64,000 nucleotides of DNA, from the NCBI RefSeq assembly GCF_009834535.1, contig NC_045697.1, forward strand, positions 113,462,001-113,526,000, written 5' to 3'. Shown piece after piece: positions 12,720-25,244 of the stretch. Below the pieces are notes generated by a model that did not search any database, had not been told where the DNA came from, and saw nothing but the letters and a program-made list of their open reading frames with translations. This DNA is from Camelus ferus (taxonomy: Eukaryota). A program made the translations under genes and the position numbers. The stretch's first letter is position 1. Each line of letters starts with the position of its first letter.

Positions 12720-13115
12720 ATCTTAAGCCCTGTCATTTCCAATCTGTTCCGTTAGCTGCTGTTCTTATTTTCTCTGTGACGCTTCTGAAATCATCCCATC
12801 ACTGCTAAAGAGTGATATTCAGAAAGCACAGAACGAGTTAGTTTATGCTTCTGATGATGACTTTATCCCTCAGTTGAATAGTTTTCAATGTTTCCCGATG
12901 GTCTACGGGATAATGTTCAAAATGTAAGCAGGACAAACTCAAACCTCCAAGATCTGTCTCCTGTTTGCCTTCCCAGTGTTGCCCACCCTCACATCCCTGC
13001 ACACCTCAGATGCTTGCGCCATGATGACCTACTGGTGGTCCAGCACTCCACATCCTATTCTACCACTATAGCTTATAATGTTCACTTGTGGTTTTCCCAC
13101 CTTTTCTGTTTGGCT
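12720..13115 (+). mobile_element. L2 fragment
   Basis: Degraded L2 3'-region motifs ('gctaaagagtgatattc', 'ttcaatgtttcccgatggtctacgggataatgttcaaa', 'ctccaagatctgtctcctg'). Confidence 0.5.
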
Positions 13116-14084
13116 AATGTGGGCCACTTTGGAAGGCAAAGTCTTACCTTTGAGCTTGAGCTAAATTTCACAGTACTGCATGTCAAAAAAGCAGATCTTA
13201 AATCCACAAAGACCAATAGTCTATTATACTTAACTTTAAAAGCTTCATGAAATAATTTATTGAGATAAAGATGAAAGTAAGAATAATACAATGAATAGGT
13301 AAAGTTTTCCGTATTATTAGCAGATTATCTAAAGCTAAACAAATGGGATAAACGTGAGAAAAGTTAAGTTATGAGTACATTAAGGCTCACTTTCATAAGA
13401 AATTTATTAAGATTTACATAGAACATTTTAATAACTTTGTGAAGTATATGCATAGAATTCTAAAAAAAGTAGATTTCTGGTTTAAAATAACTAACAACTG
13501 TATTTAATCAACATAGTAACATGTACAATTCCTTTTTTTCCTTTCACCGAAGAATCTAGGCACAATTCTATTTGAAAGAATACTTCCAAATTCATTCCAA
13601 GTGTTTTGCTATGTTTCTTCTAGGTAAGAATGGGAAAGGTCAAACTTGGGAATTAATCTTTAAGAATTTGAATAACTTCAAGAACTTACCTATTTTAATA
13701 ATGGACTGAGTCAGTTAATTCTTCTTCCCATGGAAATTATCAAATAATTCTGTTCTTTCTCTCTTTCTCTCAGTATCTATGAATAAAATGACATATGTTG
13801 TATATGTTATATTTTTTAAATTTATTTCCAGCAAATTTTCCTTTGATCATAGCAATTGATCATTCAGTTGTTAGAGGTTCTTAGGTGAGGTTTATGCATG
13901 TTCAGTTATCTAAAGAAAGCCTTTTAAATCAATGTCACCTCATATTTCAGATAAGATAGTTCAGATAAGATAGGCATGTGATTGTATTTGTCCATTGAGG
14001 GTCTTGTCAAGGCACAAAAGTATTTTGTGTTTGTAAAAGTACTGGATCCTAACAGTAAATCTGTGAATCACTTAGCTCGACATG

Positions 14085-14795
14085 TATTCCTACTCTCTCA
14101 GCCAGAGATCAGAGAGGCAGGGGATAACGCTTCTCAGATTTCTTGGCTGCTTGTGTGGTTGGTGGCATGCATGCCAATTAAGACCACACATCCCTAAGAC
14201 TCGGACTGGAACTTGCAAGGAGGGAGGCAGTATGGGGGGCGGGGCGTGTCCATTTTGCTGGTGCAGATCAAGGAGCTGCTGTAACAGCCTCCAGATTCAT
14301 GGGGGTGGCTTCCTGATGATGGAAGTTGATAGACAAGACCACTCCATTTTGGTGATCCACCACCATTTTGGGACAAGCCTCGTTGACTGCAAGCCACAAC
14401 TTCCGCCTTTTGCCTGTAAAACCCTCCCCGGACCTGAGTGAGAACTACTGGTGGGAACGTTCATCCCCGCCCCTCTCTCATTCAGCCACGCCCCTTTCAC
14501 GTTCAGCATCCCTCATTTGCATAAGAACCCACCAGTCAACTCCTATCCCCAGGCAGAAATAACCAAGCCTGTACTCGAGTCTGACTGGAGACTCTGCACA
14601 AATTTCTCGCAATAAACCTGACTCTGCCATTGAGCTGTCTCTGATTCTTTTTATTCGATTCTAAGAGAAGTTCTTTCTGGAAGCTTAGCCTAGAGAATGT
14701 TTCTTCATCTCTTCCCCTACAATTTTGCAAGACACTTAGTCTTCTTTGGTAAATTCTTACATACACTGGCTAGAGCAATTTCTGTTTTCGCAACG
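14085..14795 (+). mobile_element. LTR33-like old ERVL LTR, interrupted by a younger LTR
   Basis: The 3' end 'cttagcctagagaatgtttcttc...taaattc...ctggctagagcaatttctgttttcgcaac' and the 5' part resemble LTR33/33A. Confidence 0.6.
14327..14666 (+). mobile_element. 340-bp solo LTR with 5-bp TSD (GAAGT)
   Basis: Begins TG, has AATAAA at 14611-14616 and ends ...ttctaaga. GAAGT lies at both 14322-14326 and 14667-14671. Confidence 0.75.
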
Positions 14796-15681
14796 CTTGT
14801 CCAATAATTTTTAGAGGTTAATTATGAAAACCACAGCGAGGTAAGGTAGGTAATTAATTTTAAAATGGGACCCAAGGAAAATCATTCATCGTGAATTAAG
14901 CCCAGCCGGTGTCTCATTTATGGCTTTGAAAATGAGCGCAGACCCATGTTCAAATATTAAACTGAAATTCCACAGTGGTTACAGTGCTTTTTGTTAGTTT
15001 TTTCTTTTTTTTTCTTTTGCTTGTTCGTTTTGTTTTTTGGTACCATTTTGTCCACTGCTGAGTCACACAACACAGGTTAAATAGCTGGCTTAGATCACAG
15101 AATGTCATTTTCCATCAAAATCCATTATGACGTTCGGTCCCTAACCCTGAAGGCAAATAGCACAAGACATTGATTCCTCCATGGGTTTCTTTCATTAAAT
15201 GAAATGACTCATTCAGGGTGCTCATTAGCCAGTCCTCGTCTAGACCTCGGGAGCTGATATAGTTAGGGCCCCAGATAATACCCAGTGATTTATTGCCAGG
15301 CTCCAAAGGACCCATTTGCCATCACTCTATTTCCACTCATTATAGACTTGGGGTTCAGTAGAAGGAAGATTCCCAAGGAGCCCCACGTACTGCTGCTGTT
15401 CGTCCTGTTCTGCACGTCCTCTTTGTTCCCCATGGTCCTGAGATGGTACCCATCCATTCCGATGAGGTTGGTACCCAAATCCCTAACGCTGCTGAAGCTG
15501 CTGTCTGTCTTCGTATTATTGTTGACTCTCTGCACTGCTTCCTTTAGAGCAGCCTCATTTCTGAGAAGCCAGGTAGTTCATTTACATCCCAATTTTGTTT
15601 GCCTGTACTCTTGACACATTAGAATTTCTTTTAAGGGAGTTGGACTTCCTTAATCAGGTGCCAAGATTTGGCCAGTTTGTT

Positions 15682-16008
15682 AATTATTCTTATTTATTTT
15701 ATTAAAGTAGAGTCAATTTATAATCTTGTGGCAATTTCTGGTGTACAGCATAATGTTTCAGTCATACATATAGATACATATATTCATTTTCATATTCTTT
15801 TTCACTATTGGTTACTACAAGATATTGAATATAGTTCCCTGTGCTATGCAGAAGAAAGTTGTTTACTTAGTTTATATATAGTAGTTAGTATCTGCAAATC
15901 TCGAATTCTCAATTTATCCCTTCTAAGGCCACTGCCTACCTGTAAACCATGAGTTTGTTTTCTATGTCTGAGTCTGTTTCTGTTTTGTAAATAAGTTAAT
16001 TTGTGTAT
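15682..16008 (-). mobile_element. LINE-1 3' UTR and A-rich tail (3' part of U6/L1 chimera)
   Basis: Aligns by eye with the L1 3' end at 33950-34262 ('agtctgtttctgttttgtaaataagtt', 'agtatctgcaaatctcga'). Confidence 0.9.
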
Positions 16009-16113
16009 AAATATGGAACGCTTCACGAATTTGCATGCCATCCTTACACAGGGGCCATGCTAACCTTTTCTGTATCGGTCCAATTGTAGTATACATGCTG
16101 CTGAAGCGAGCAC
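16009..16113 (-). pseudogene. Full-length U6 snRNA retrocopy fused to L1
   Basis: The reverse complement reads GTGCTCGCTTCAGCAGCATGTATACTAC...GTGAAGCGTTCCATATTT, with 11 substitutions in 105 nt versus canonical U6. The ACAGAGA box is mutated to ACAGAAA. Confidence 0.97.
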
Positions 16114-17144
16114 TGCCAGTTGTTTTCTTGGTCCCTAGCACCATGTAGTGGTGGGAAATGAATCCAAACCAAGCCTTTCCTCCCTCAACAAGCAGCAACA
16201 TTATTCTCATTATTATTCAATACTCTCATCAATATTCATTAGCAACCTCATTCTCCCTCCTGCTGGAAACTCGTGGCCTCATTCCCTGCACCTCCATTCA
16301 ATTGTAGCAGAACTGAATCTGCTTCACCTCAGGTGTCGTGGTTTTCTGTCTCATGGCATTTGCTACATGTCTGCTCACATCCTTCTCGTTGCAGAAAGGG
16401 TCATAAATGCTAGAAGAGGTTTTCCTTTTTTTTTTAATTAACATTGTATTTTGGTAAAAGTGCGCTGACAGTTTAATGACGTCATAAAGTCATTTATGTT
16501 CTATTTATGATGGTGTGCTACTTTGGAATATTGTATTTTGCCTGTCATTTTCTAGACATAGCAATTAATCAAGCAGCGATTGTATGTGATGCTTAGGACA
16601 ATGAAAAGTGCTTTCAGTGACTTGGCAACGTGTGATTGATTTTATCATTAATGGGTTTATTCCTGGACTAGCTTGATTGCATTTCCTAAAATACTCTTGG
16701 CATCTCCCATCCTTCAGCCACACTGAAAACTGCTGGGCACCACACGGCATGAGCTGCATCTTTATTAACTCAGACTGTGAACCTGTGGTCTTTCACTGGA
16801 TGCTTTGCCAGACAACTGAGACTAGTTTAGGCTCTGCCAACTGGTTCTTAATTTTCTTTTAAAGTGAGGCTCTGCAGAAATGAAACTACCAAGGGAAAAA
16901 AAAAAAAAGCCTTCTGGAGTTAAAGGCAAGTTGGCAAAATAGCGGTTGATCTCTATTTCCTGTTTATATGTATGGGAAAAGTCAGTGCTTTGCCTTTGTT
17001 CTTCTTTTTCATGCAGATAAATACATCCAAGGTTGACTGTCTATATAATACATTAAAGGCGATGAAGAAGGCTGGATAGTTGTCAGATCTGCTTTAAGCG
17101 TCACTGGAAAGAACTGTGTGACCAAGTGGAAGCTTTGGTGTTAT

Positions 17145-17362
17145 CAGGATCTCTGTGTAAACCCTGGACCTGCCACTTAGTAGCTGTGTGTCCTCAAAGC
17201 AAGCTATTTCAACTTTGAAGCAGAGTCTTCTCATCTGTAAAATGGGGAGTGGTAATTCCAACGATGTTATTGTCTTAATAGATTATCTAGGGTTAAGTGA
17301 TTAATACCCTACAAATACAGTGCTTTGTACAGCTCCTTAAAAAGTCTCAATTACTGGTTGCT
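17145..17362 (+). mobile_element. MIR
   Basis: 'ctgccacttagtagctgtgtgtcctc...ctcatctgtaaaatgggga'. Confidence 0.7.
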
Positions 17363-17623
17363 GGTCGTGTTTAGCTTAATAATCCAGAGTGATGGTTTTC
17401 GTATAACAGGACATTTCAGTTTTGAGTATATACACATCATAAAACTGGAACCAACAGTGCTTTAGATGATTTGACTGGCAGCTGAGAACTGAGAGTCGGA
17501 CAAGCTCACCATCACACAGCTGATCAGTGACAAGAATGACACTCCAACAAGTGGCCCAACTTCCTGGAAAACATGTTCTCCTCAAAACTTTGCTGATTTA
17601 TCCCAAATGCCCTCTTTCCACCT

Positions 17624-17906
17624 AAGTTTGCCAGATTTAGGAAATAAGAATACATTGTGCACAGTTCATTTTGAAATTCATATAGACATCAACAAAATTT
17701 TTAGCTTAAGAATTCTCCACGCAGTATCTAGGCCATACTTAAATGCTAAAATCTGCAATACTAGATAATATGAAATTCTAAATAATACTAAAATGCACAA
17801 TAAACGAACTTAAAAAAACTACAATTTTTACAACACATTTATACTAAAAATTACTTATGGTCTGTCTGAAATTCCAATTGAACTGAGTATCCTGTATTTT
17901 ATCTGA
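17624..17906. mobile_element. MER53 palindromic MITE (hAT) with extra central sequence
   Basis: The left arm 'ttgccagatttaggaaataagaataca...' and right arm '...tctgaaattccaattgaactgagtatcctgtattttatctg' are inverted copies matching MER53. Confidence 0.75.
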
Positions 17907-19168
17907 TTAATTTTCATCAACAGTGTTTTAGAAACAGTGTTAAGTTTTATATCCATTTTTTTTCTATTCCTGGCAATCCTAGTTCACTTTCCAGCCATCT
18001 AAGTTGTCTACAAAACAGATGTATACAAGGCATAGCCATAAATGGATGTGATAAATCCACATAAACACCATATAAAACCCAAATCTCATTACTTTCCTGC
18101 CACTGTCTCATTCTCACCACAAAAATGTTATCCCTTCTTCTTGGTATGCGTTCCATGGTCATCTAAGTGTTAATGGAGGCTTCACAGGTTATCCTATAAT
18201 TATGTTTGGACCTTATGATCTAAGGGTTGCATACGGAAAATCCAGGCTACGAAAACACTATTGGTTAACTTATAAGACATAAGTCCAAATGATCACCTTA
18301 ATTTTGGACCTGGCTGTTTTCCTGGAATTCATTTCAATGTTCCATTTTTTCCCACTAAGCTCAAGAACAGAAAGCCTGAAGTGGGTTCAGTCAATTCATC
18401 ATTCAGTGGACCAGGGAGGTGCAGTTTGCTGCCAACCAGCTTGTCCCCATAGCCTCTGAGGATGCCTGCACCTCTGGTGTGTCATCATCCTTCAGTTCTG
18501 AATGCTGCCTGCAATCAAAGGGCGCCATGGGAAGGAGCTCTTGGGAATGTGTTGCCACATCGATTGAAATGGACCTGAAGACTGCGGCTTGTGTTGCTCC
18601 TATGGCTCATCAAACCGTGTCTGAACTTCCTTTTATTCTGAAGATTTAATTCAAGGACTCTTAGGTCAAATTGCTTTCTTGTATTAAATGAGAAGTTTTA
18701 CCCTCTCAAAGAGAAGGAGCTGGAGAGGAAGCTGTCAGAACGAAAATTCACACAGCTGCCTTAATACAGTTGCTTCTCTCAGCTTTTCCACAGCACTTCT
18801 CATTTGTTTGCAGTGGTCACTGAGATTGTAAAAAGTGAGGAGAAACATGAAAGCATCTCACCCAGAACTGTTCTTTCTTTGTTGAAGAAAGGATGAGTTC
18901 ATTCACAGCGTATCGTAACAGTCTTTCCTCCGCCTCAGCAACTGAGTGAAAAAATACATGATACGTTGTGAGGTTACATCCTGGAGAACCTGCGAACCCT
19001 CTGATAATTTTACAGCATCTCATTCAAAAACAGTCAACCGCGGAAGGCAGATGTTACTCAGAAGTTTTGGAAGTTCTGATGCCGTATGATTGTACTGGGC
19101 AAAATGTTCACGGCTTAAGTTTAAATGGCCTAAACAGTACATTGAGAAGCAACGTAGGTACGGCAAAA

Positions 19169-19207
19169 ACAATGACAATGACAACGACAACGACAACAAC
19201 AACAACG
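19169..19207. repeat. Imperfect ACA/ACG trinucleotide-type repeat
   Basis: 'acaatgacaatgacaacgacaacgacaacaacaacaacg'. Confidence 0.7.
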
Positions 19208-19394
19208 ATTTTGAGTTTCGGTGCCTGGATTCTTGTTGCTCCACAAACTAATTGTACTTCAATGCCAGGTCTCTTCCATCTAGGTAGAGTTTTGTTTCCT
19301 TCACTTGTAAGTAGAAATTGTAGCCTTAAAATTGTAACTTAAGCTGGTCTCTTTGAACATATAGAAGAATTCTTCATTTTTCTCTATCGTAATT

Positions 19395-19682
19395 CATATA
19401 AAATCTGTCAGCAAATTACGTTGTGCTGTTATTCAAATATTTCCTGATTTTATTCCCTGTGTGAGCCACCTTTCCTGTTGCCATTCTGGTGAAAGCACTC
19501 TCATCTCCTGCCTGAGTTTATTGCATGAGACTCCTCCCTGGTCTCCCTTCTTGCACCTTTACCTATACCGCACCTTTAAAAATAATCCTTTAAAAATATG
19601 AATCAGATCCTTTGCACTCAAGACTGTCCAGTAGTTTTCATCTCATTCAAAGTCAAAGTCAAGGTCCTTCCAGTGACCCATC
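19395..19682 (+). mobile_element. L2 fragment
   Basis: 'catctcctgcctgag...ctcctccctggtctccct...ataatcctttaaaaatatgaatcagatc...catctcattcaaagtcaaagtc' is L2a-like. Confidence 0.7.
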
Positions 19683-20423
19683 AGCAGGACATTTTGTACA
19701 AGAGAAGAATTAACAAGAATCGTGGGTTAAAATTCATACGCTGAGACATCCTTTTTATAATACATTCCATACAATCTACACTGGATGTGCATTTTCATGG
19801 GGAACTATATACATTTTTCCTTCATATATTACAGGAAGATTTGGGGCCAGATATAGATCAGAGCAAACATGACTTTTTAGGAGTCAATATTAAGTAATTC
19901 GATCTTTCAAACAGTCATTTACTGCTTTCATGATTTTTGCTAACAGTATTTGAACTATAATATTGTTCATTTAATTTTTTATTTAGATAGGCTATGTCTA
20001 GTTAACAGCCTGAATATGTAGGCAATTAAATTATGGATTCGAGGTGCCAGTTTTTCTCTAATACACGTTAAACAAATACAAATTTAAAATGTTACAAAGC
20101 CTATCTACACACCAGTGGAAATTGCCAAGATTTTCAGACGTGAGGTGTGCATTTCTTATATGTTTGCCTTGATTTGGAAAACACTGCTAGAACAGAAAAG
20201 AACTAACCTTTGAGAAGGTTTAGAGGAGACTTTAAGTCTTTGAGGAGACTTATCTGTATGATCCAGATGCCTGTATTATGCTTTTGTATAACATTTATCT
20301 ATAAGCTGGAAATAAAAAAAATACATATTTTGGCTAAATGTCAACATGAGTGAGCAGTAAAAAGGAATATTCTGCTGAAGTAAAATACTTTTTTCAAAAA
20401 TTAAGTTTATGATCTACAAGAAG

Positions 20424-20912
20424 TGTATTAATCAAGGTGAGCGACAGAAATAGAACGAGTAGGTGATTATTGATTGATTCAAGTTTGAGTATGAGGAATT
20501 GGCTCACACAGTTATGAAGAGTGCGAAGTTCCAATGATCTACCTTCTGCAAACTGGAACCTGGGAAAGCTGGTGTTGTAATGTAGTCCAAATCCAAAGGC
20601 CTGAGAACCTGGGGAGCTGATGGTGTAAATCCCAGTCTGAGGGTCATAGATGATTAAATGAGGTATCCAAGCTCAATTAACTCAACACCTCCTCCCCCAA
20701 AAAAGGGTAAAATTCCTTCCTCTGCTTTTTGTTCTATGCAGATCGCTAATGGATCAGATGAAGCTCATGCACATTGGGGAGGGCAACTTATACTGAGTCC
20801 ACTGATTCACAGGCTAATCTCATCCTGAAACACCCTTGTAGACACCCAGAAATAACGTTTAACCTGGGCACCCTGTGGTTAGTCAAGTTGGCATACACAT
20901 TTACCCATCACC
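20424..20912 (-). mobile_element. MLT2B-type ERVL solo LTR
   Basis: 'gaggaattggctcacacagttatg...aaaggcctgagaacc...agtcaagttggcatacacatttacccatcac'. The 5-bp TSD AGAAG is at 20419-20423 and 20913-20917. Confidence 0.9.
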
Positions 20913-20944
20913 AGAAGACATCTGAAATTTTATCAGAATATTAG

Positions 20945-21032
20945 TTTTTTAAATGGAGGTACTGGGGATTGAACCCAAGACTTCGTGCATGCTAAGCATG
21001 CACTTTACCACTGAGCTATTCCCACCCCTCCC
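20945..21032 (-). mobile_element. tRNA-derived SINE (camelid Vic-like)
   Basis: A box (TAGCTCAGTGG) and B box (GGTTCAATCC) on the minus strand. TSD agaatattagttt / aaaatattaattt. Confidence 0.92.
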
Positions 21033-23577
21033 AAAATATTAATTTCTGATCATGCTTTTTTAAGAAAAAAATGTTAGCATTCAAAACAAAATCAAAATAC
21101 TTTCACAGAGCTTCTGCCTTCCTGCTCCAGTGATCTTCGTCTATTCAGTCACACCGGGAACAACTCTTCTTTTGTACCTTGTTAGAAATGATCTACATTT
21201 TCTATCAGATTAGGGGTTTTAAAATCTCCTCCTTCCTTCAATATTTCCTACACACTTGTCACTCTTTGATATTTGGCTTTTGAATTCCTCCTATTCATAA
21301 TCTGTCAGTTTCCTTTTAATTTCTTTTTCCTGCCTTCCTATCATAGACCTGCACATTAATGATAATCTCATTTTTTAATCCTTTGTTTGTCAATCATCGC
21401 CCCTGGGTAAAATACACCTTCGATTCTCATGCTTTTATTTCTGAGTTGCCAACATTGATGGAGGAAAGCCTTACTGTTTGGTCTAAAACAAACTGAAATT
21501 TCCTATTCAATTTTTTTCCCACTCAGTCCAGCTATCTTTTCACTCCATCAATATCAAGTTCTTTGCAGTAAGTGTCAATGTGTTCTATTCTTGCTAGAAT
21601 TATGGATGACTCCACCCTCCTATGAAGACTGTAATTAACAATTTTGACAGAATATAAGTGCTTGGAGTAGATGTCATCAAGGCACAATAATTGAGAGATT
21701 ATTTTGGTTTGCTCTTCTTGGGAAATAGTTGGCTAAATTATTCAGATCAAGTCTTCTACAAAAAGAAACTAAAAAATCTGGATAAGATATAAGAGGAACA
21801 AAATATCAAAGAGCTTTTTAGTTATCAGTGGGAAGAGTGAATGAAGTAAGGTGAGCATTGTAGTATATCTCTAGGTGTCCACAAGGTAAGGGAGAAAAAA
21901 GGGCTAAGATAGAACCACGAAAATTATTATGAAGAGTTACACTGAGAAATCACACAATGAAAGGAGGTCAGATGATTCATAGTGGAATCACAAGGAATTG
22001 GCCATCCCCCAGTCTTCATCAGTCTTCTATCTGTGCCTCCCACGATACAGCTGAAATCTGCATAAGACATTTGCTTCGCTGTTCCCACCACTACTTCCAA
22101 ATAGATTGCTGCCCTCATGACTGTGTTCTTTGGAAATCCTGGACCTCTCCAGGGGTTGGGTGATATTCCAGAGTTTATTATCAAGAATCAGAGAGGGAAG
22201 AGGATAAAGAAGAAAGATAGGTACCAAGATTGCGACTCATTTTGTTCCTGAATTTATCTTTTAGCTCCTTAATGCATTTTCCTACTGTGTAAAGATAGCT
22301 CTTATGATAGTATAACAAAATTAAGAAAAGATGATTATTTTTAGTGGGCAATGCTGTTGACTATATTTTTTGAATAAATGACCATCCATGCAGTAAGTAA
22401 CAGTTGATGACTGACATTTAAATATCAAAGTAAAGTTAGTTAAATAGAGATAAAAAGACTAAACAAGTGAGCCTGTAGTCCCAACCTTGATATTAACTAG
22501 CTTTGACTTTAGACTTGTATTCTGTAGAGGTCATAGCTTCTTCTGAGAGATCATGGTATCAGGCGACTGGTCCAGCTCAGTGGATTTCAAACAAAGCTTT
22601 TAAATCTGGAGGACTTGCTTATCTTTGTTTTGTTTTTTTGAAATAAAAACAGAGCCTTCCCTACTGGTGGTTTTGTGGAAAGGATGATGCAGACTGTATT
22701 TGACAGTATTACAGATCCCCAGTACCCACTTCAAATAGAAAGGAGATTTTTTTTTTCTCTTTATGATTCAGGATGAGCTTTCAATTAATCCAAAATTTCA
22801 GCACCTGGGAAAGCCGTAGATTAGCTGTTCTCAAGGATCCCTTTCTAAAATTCTAAGAAACATTTTCAGCTTTTGAAGTGAAGTGATACTGAATCCCAAA
22901 GGATATTATTCTGGTTCCAGACGGAATTCAAATAGTTGAATTAGTTTAAAATGTCTATGTGAGCTTTTATTTTCTATATGGAAATCTGTCATTTCAATCA
23001 CATGTGTATTTGTATGTATTATTTATCCTATTCTTGCAATAAAATGTAACAAGCAGTTTTTGAATATCAACTCAATGTAAAGTACCCCATAGACCTTTCT
23101 TAAACATTGTTTTGGAATCCTGAGAAATGTTCTGACAGTTTTGTCAAATAAAATATAAAGTAAACCTCTTTTTATAGTGACAGGAAGACTTAAAGAAATA
23201 CTTTAACAAATTAGACTTCAAAGTTTATTCAATAATGACACTTTTTAGAAGGAGAGTTATATTCTGTGTTTTGTTCTCTTACTTGATTTCCCAGTTTCAT
23301 GGCAGAGCTTATTTTTATACCTTGAAATATCTGAAAGTACTTAGTTTCCTGAAAAAAAAAAAAAAATAGAACTTGCAGGAGGTATCCTGTAACTGGGAAG
23401 GAATGAAGTGAGAGCCAGGAAGGAGAAAATGAATTTGACACTGAGGACAAAATAGAAATGAAGGACTGTTTTTGCCAGAGTTTATACATATTAATTGGGA
23501 GGAAAAAACTTGTGTATAAACCAGAGCTTCTGAAACTGCATTAAAATGTATTCATATTTTTCAAATTTTTGAAACAT

Positions 23578-23642
23578 TTTTCTATCTTTCTATCAATCAT
23601 CTATGTATCTATCCATTTATCTATCTCCCTATCTATCTATAT
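23578..23642. repeat. Degenerate (TATC)n tract
   Basis: 'tctatctttctatcaatcatctatgtatctatccatttatctatctccctatctatctat'. Confidence 0.7.
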
Positions 23643-25244
23643 ATCCAGCACACAAAGGCATCTCTACACATATGCGCATCAATGGGCACTCTTGCTCTTC
23701 TCCTGTACAAAAGCGCACAGATATCTGAACATGCATAGGATGAAAGCAAAGGGAAGGCTCACATTCTGCGCTAACAAGAGAGCAGTGACGACAGCTGTAG
23801 CTGAGATAGGTGATTCAGAGCAGCGATCTGCAGGTTCTTGTTTGGAATGAACAATCCAACCTTTAGTTCTGTTAAGAGCATCAAAAAAGCTGGAAAAGAG
23901 AGAGCTGGTTGTCCTTTAAAAGGAATGCCTCAGCTTCCTGTCACGATGACCTGCTGCCTCTTCACCTTGCTAAGTCCCACTGTAGTTTTGCTGCTCAAAG
24001 TCAGAGTGACGTATGCTGGGCAGGGCAAGCCGAGCTTCACGATGAACCTGGCTGTGACTCAGTCCAGTTCCCGAGAATCCGCTTTAAAAGTCCAGTAGTT
24101 TCTTTGTTTGGGGTCCTGATGTTCCTGGCACAGATACTTTATGGTTCTTTAATGGTACTTGAAGTCTGTGTGTTTTTTGTAATGTTCCCTGTATTTACTA
24201 TGCCTTTTGACCATTTATAATTGAACATTCTTTCAATATTGCTATTGCTGAACATTTTGGTTTACAGACCTTTTGTCAGATGTGGCAGAAAATTCAGACA
24301 AAATTCAGTTATTTAGCCTTAAGTTTCTATTTTCCACCAAATGTCTGAAACATGTACTTACTGAAAACAAATAATCTAAAAGTCACTCTTATCTATAGGA
24401 AACTGACTATGGAACCCAGAGCTGCTATTTGAATCATTCTAGCCAGGTGAATTTTCACAGGTATTTAAATGTACTGGAATGCATATATGTGTTTGTAACA
24501 GACATTGACATTAAAAGAGAGGGAGTTGATTTTTCCTCCAAATATGTTTGGAAACAATATTCTCATGCTACATATGCAAAAGAACAAAAAGGGACATGAT
24601 AAAATTTCTTATAAAATGCCCAAGCTGTCAACTGGATTTCTAAAAAAAATCATTTTAAGTAAAATTAGGCATGGGATTTAGAGAAAAGCTCAAATATTAA
24701 TATGTGGAGAAATACAGTGAATATGATGGAGATAATTGGAAGGAATCGATTTTAAATTTCCATAAGATGTCTGTGATATCAGCCAGCAAAGACAGTCATT
24801 TGTTCAACAGTTACACAGAGAATGGTGCTCTGGTCTGTGTTCCTGAGCAACCAATGAGAACAAGCTTAATTTCATCCTCCTGAAACCAACCTTGATGGTT
24901 TTTCTCTGCATGGGCCAAGACTTCCTCAGCAGTTTCTAACAAAAGTAAATTTAAAATCATCCTCAGAGAGTATCTTTTATTGACATTCTAGTACTTGTCT
25001 TCGTTACTTAAAATGTTCACTCCTGTCTCTAATTTTTTTTTCTTAGTAAAGTGATGGAGACAGAGAGATAAATATGAATTACGGGTTTTTGATTTTAATA
25101 CTGGTTAATTACCTGAGAAAGCTTTGCAGAATTCTGCTTTTAGAAAAGTACTTCAGAGCAAGCTGGCTTTTACAGCAAACCCGTTCATGAAGCCAATCAG
25201 CTGAATTACAGGACATCATTGGAGAGGTGGTCTGACATTGTAAA

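Noticed and set aside
15285..15614. Overlapping 109-aa (+) and 81-aa (-) ORFs next to the U6/L1 chimera
   Set aside because: No recognisable similarity, and they lie outside the chimera's flanking repeats, so they are not part of it.
16009..16113. Functional U6 snRNA gene
   Set aside because: It has 11 substitutions including the ACAGAGA box and is fused to L1 with a tail. I did not recognise an upstream PSE/TATA promoter.
18968..19342. 124-aa ORF with poly-Thr
   Set aside because: It starts at GTG, the Thr run comes from a trinucleotide repeat, and there is no known motif.
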